64,000 nucleotides of DNA, taken from the human T2T-CHM13v2.0 reference genome, Homo sapiens. The notes beneath the pieces were generated by a model. The model was not told the DNA's origin. It saw nothing but the letters and a program-made list of their open reading frames with translations, and made no database searches. The position numbers were made by a program, and so were the translations under genes. Where the stretch lies: NCBI RefSeq assembly GCF_009914755.1, contig NC_060947.1; one strand, written 5' to 3'. Shown here piece by piece: positions 58,031 through 64,000 of the stretch. How positions within the stretch are numbered: position 1 is the stretch's first letter; each line of letters begins with the position of its first letter.

Positions 58031-59466
58031 CAAAAGTCTTTATCTAATTCATTTGGCATCATAACCTGACCAGAACTGACAAGAATCTATTTATCCCACT
58101 TGGGGTAAATATTCAAATATTTCAATGCAGAAAACATTCAGGTGTTTGATTATGAGGTGCTGCCTCAGACCCTGCTGGAGGTGTTATGTAACACAAAGTA
58201 TACACACCAGGTAAGTTTTATAAATTGTTTTTTTCCTAAATTCCAAAGCACACCTGGCACCACGAAGGTTCAACTTAAATGAACCTGTACAAATGCATAT
58301 TTTTTTATTAAAAAAATAATGACCATATAACCTCTTAAAACATAATTTTCATTTCAAAACAAAACCAACCAGAAGCAGCAGACCTTTCCTGGGCCCCTCA
58401 CGCCCTCTGCTGGCTACCAGAAGCAGCCAGCCTGACCTAGCAACAAGGCTGCAAACTACAGGATCCCAAGCCTGCTCCTTGTGGACACAGGCCTGCCCAG
58501 GGATTTATAGGATCTGGGGTATTAGAGACCAGACATAGGGGCCCACCTATCCGTAAGGCCATTTTTCCCCAGCTCAAGCAAGGGGTGGAACCCATCCCCT
58601 AAGAAAGCCAGAGGAGAAGCATCTCTGGCAAAGTTGTAAGCACAAGGTTTGGAACGCAAGAGCTCTGGGTTCCAACCCCAGCTTTGCCACACACTTGCTG
58701 TCTGTTATCACTCTCAGTTTCCTATAGAATGGGGGATATGTTGATCTACCGGACAGAGCTGTGAGGAGTTTCAGGACCTAAAGAAGCTTTGTAAATAACG
58801 TACCATATACTAGGGGAAGTTGTCGCCAATCACAGAAGGGGAGGAGATCAGCACAGAGATTATGCACAACTGAGAGACCCTCAGAAAGTCCTAGGTGAGT
58901 AGCGGGACAGGAGGGGAGGAAGAGGTGACAAGGGAATACCCAGCCAGTCCCATCATCAGGGCCCACACCCCAGGAAAATGTGGCTGGATTTCTAGAGATG
59001 ACAAAGACACCTGGAAGCCCTTAATGAGCTTCCATGCGCAGCACAAGGACTCCTGTTTGTGCACAACATTCCAGTAGTCCAGGTGTCCCTCCTTGCCCCC
59101 AAGCCTGTGGATTAACACACTCCAGCCAGTTATGCCCAAGTCCATCCTGGCCACACATGGTCAGCCATCTCCCAGAGTCATGGGCCTGCCCCAGCCAGGG
59201 GTCTCCAGCAGGGATGGTGCAACCACAACTATAGTCCCAAACCTGACACAAGAATAGGTTCTTAAAAAGAAGGGAACACAGCGACTTCCTGGCTTTGGAG
59301 AGAGGGGAAAAAGAGAGGAGAAAAGGAGATCAAACAGGAGAGGGGCTCCTACTTATCCATTCAAGAAAGACTTACCAGGTAGCTACTAAGTAAGATACTG
59401 GGCTGGGCAGTGAGGACAGTGAAATGAATCAGACTTAGTCTCCACTCTTGATAAGCTCACAAACTA

Positions 59467-60896
<1,430 letters not shown>

Positions 60897-61639
60897 CTAG
60901 TGTAGAGGCAACAGGGAAGGCCCCCACGAGCCACAGCATGGAGGACATACCTTGCAGCCCATCCACAGAATATCCTGGTTTGTCTCTAAACATGAAAGAG
61001 ACCTGAATAGGCCCCTCGCACTGCAGGGTTTGGGTCCTGGGGCAGTCAAACTGGCATCCAGGCTTGGATCTAGAGGCTGGACTGCTAGCCACCCACTGGC
61101 TTTGTCATCAGCAGCCTGAGGAGTTTGGGCTCTGGCCCTTCTCTTTCTCCTTTTGGGGAGAAAATGTTGCTCAGGAAGGGCTAGTAGGGGTGGGGGGTAG
61201 GGGATAGCTCAGCCATAGATAAGTTTAAGCTCCAACAATGCCCTGGCCTGAGGAGATTGTGAACCTTGCAAACTCATCGCTGAGCCTATGGGAAAATCCC
61301 TCCATATCTTTGAGCCTCCACAAAAAGGCTGAGTAAAGCTCCCTAACACCAGAGGATCCCAGGAGCTGAGGCAAGATTCTGTAACCTAGTGGTCTAAGGG
61401 CCCAAGTGAAGTTGGAGCAGGCTGTGGAACCCAACTGACTTAGGTTCCAATCTAGCTCCACCAATTATTAGCCATGTGATGATGAACTGCTCTGAGCCAC
61501 AGTTTTCCAATCTGTGAATGGGGATACCAAGCCTCCCAATAATAGGGATGCTGGGCAGACTCAAATATTACAGGGCTTTGCCCAGTAAGAGACCACTTAA
61601 TGAGTTCCCTTCCCTTCCCCAGGAGGGAAAAAAGCCTCT

Positions 61640-63390
<1,751 letters not shown>

Positions 63391-63794
63391 ACCCCCCTTG
63401 GTAGCACTCCTTGGTGTCTGTTCCCTAGTGCCTCACAGGTGTGAGACAATATGGCATGGATCCCGCTCTGCAAGGTCCACCTGCCTACCATCCTCCAGGG
63501 TGGGAGGTTAGAATTAAGGCAGCAGGGGCCTGGAATCTCCCTTCTCACCCTGGGAAACTACTGACCCTGCCTATGGATGGATGAGCTGCCACTGAAGTGG
63601 GGGTGGGGTGGGGGGGCAAAAGATGGCAGCAGCAGTGGCAGTTCATGGACAGATGTCTTCCCAGAGCCTATGGTCAAAAGGTGTTTAGCATTCTGTGACT
63701 CACAGCTCTGTCCCAGCAGCCCTGGTGCCAAGACCACCCCCTCCAGCAAAGCACCCAGGAACACTAGCCTGGCTCCATGGACAAAACACAGGGG

Positions 63795-64000
63795 GCCAGG
63801 CGTGGTGGCTCACGCCTGTAATCCCAGCACTTTGGGAGGCCGAGGTGGGCGGATCACGAAGTCAGGAGATCGAGATCATCCTGGCTAACACAGTGAATCC
63901 CTGTCTCTACTAAAAATACAAAAATATTAGCCAGACGAGGTGGCAGGCACCTGTAGTTCCAGCTACTCGGGAGGCTGAGGCAGGAGAATGGTGTGAACCT
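63795..64000 (+). mobile_element. Alu (cut by window end)
   Basis: Alu consensus. Confidence 0.92.

Overview
This is human-type (primate) genomic DNA, Alu-rich and gene-dense. I recognise it as the Xp11.23 cluster. Reading the splice sites by hand rebuilds complete spliced CDSs for TIMM17B (-, 172 aa, plus a 50-aa cassette exon), PQBP1 (+, 265 aa), SLC35A2 (-, 396/393 aa, plus alternative exons) and PIM2 (-, 311 aa, with in-frame upstream CUG starts). It also gives 8 coding exons of OTUD5 (-), whose first exon lies beyond the window end. The rest is mostly Alu, L1, MIR/L2 and LTR (MER21-like, MLT1-like) sequence. Repeat boundaries are approximate and subfamily names are by eye. I found no prokaryote-type system. 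The signals least explained by the genes are: (1) an exon/intron-like + strand structure plus an orphan CpG island at about 2.7-4.6 kb; (2) one ~39-bp decayed repeat unit shared by PIM2 intron 4 and the PIM2 3'UTR; (3) several other decayed tandem arrays in introns and upstream of PIM2; (4) a promoter-like NRF1/CTCF/RFX cluster inside PIM2 intron 3.
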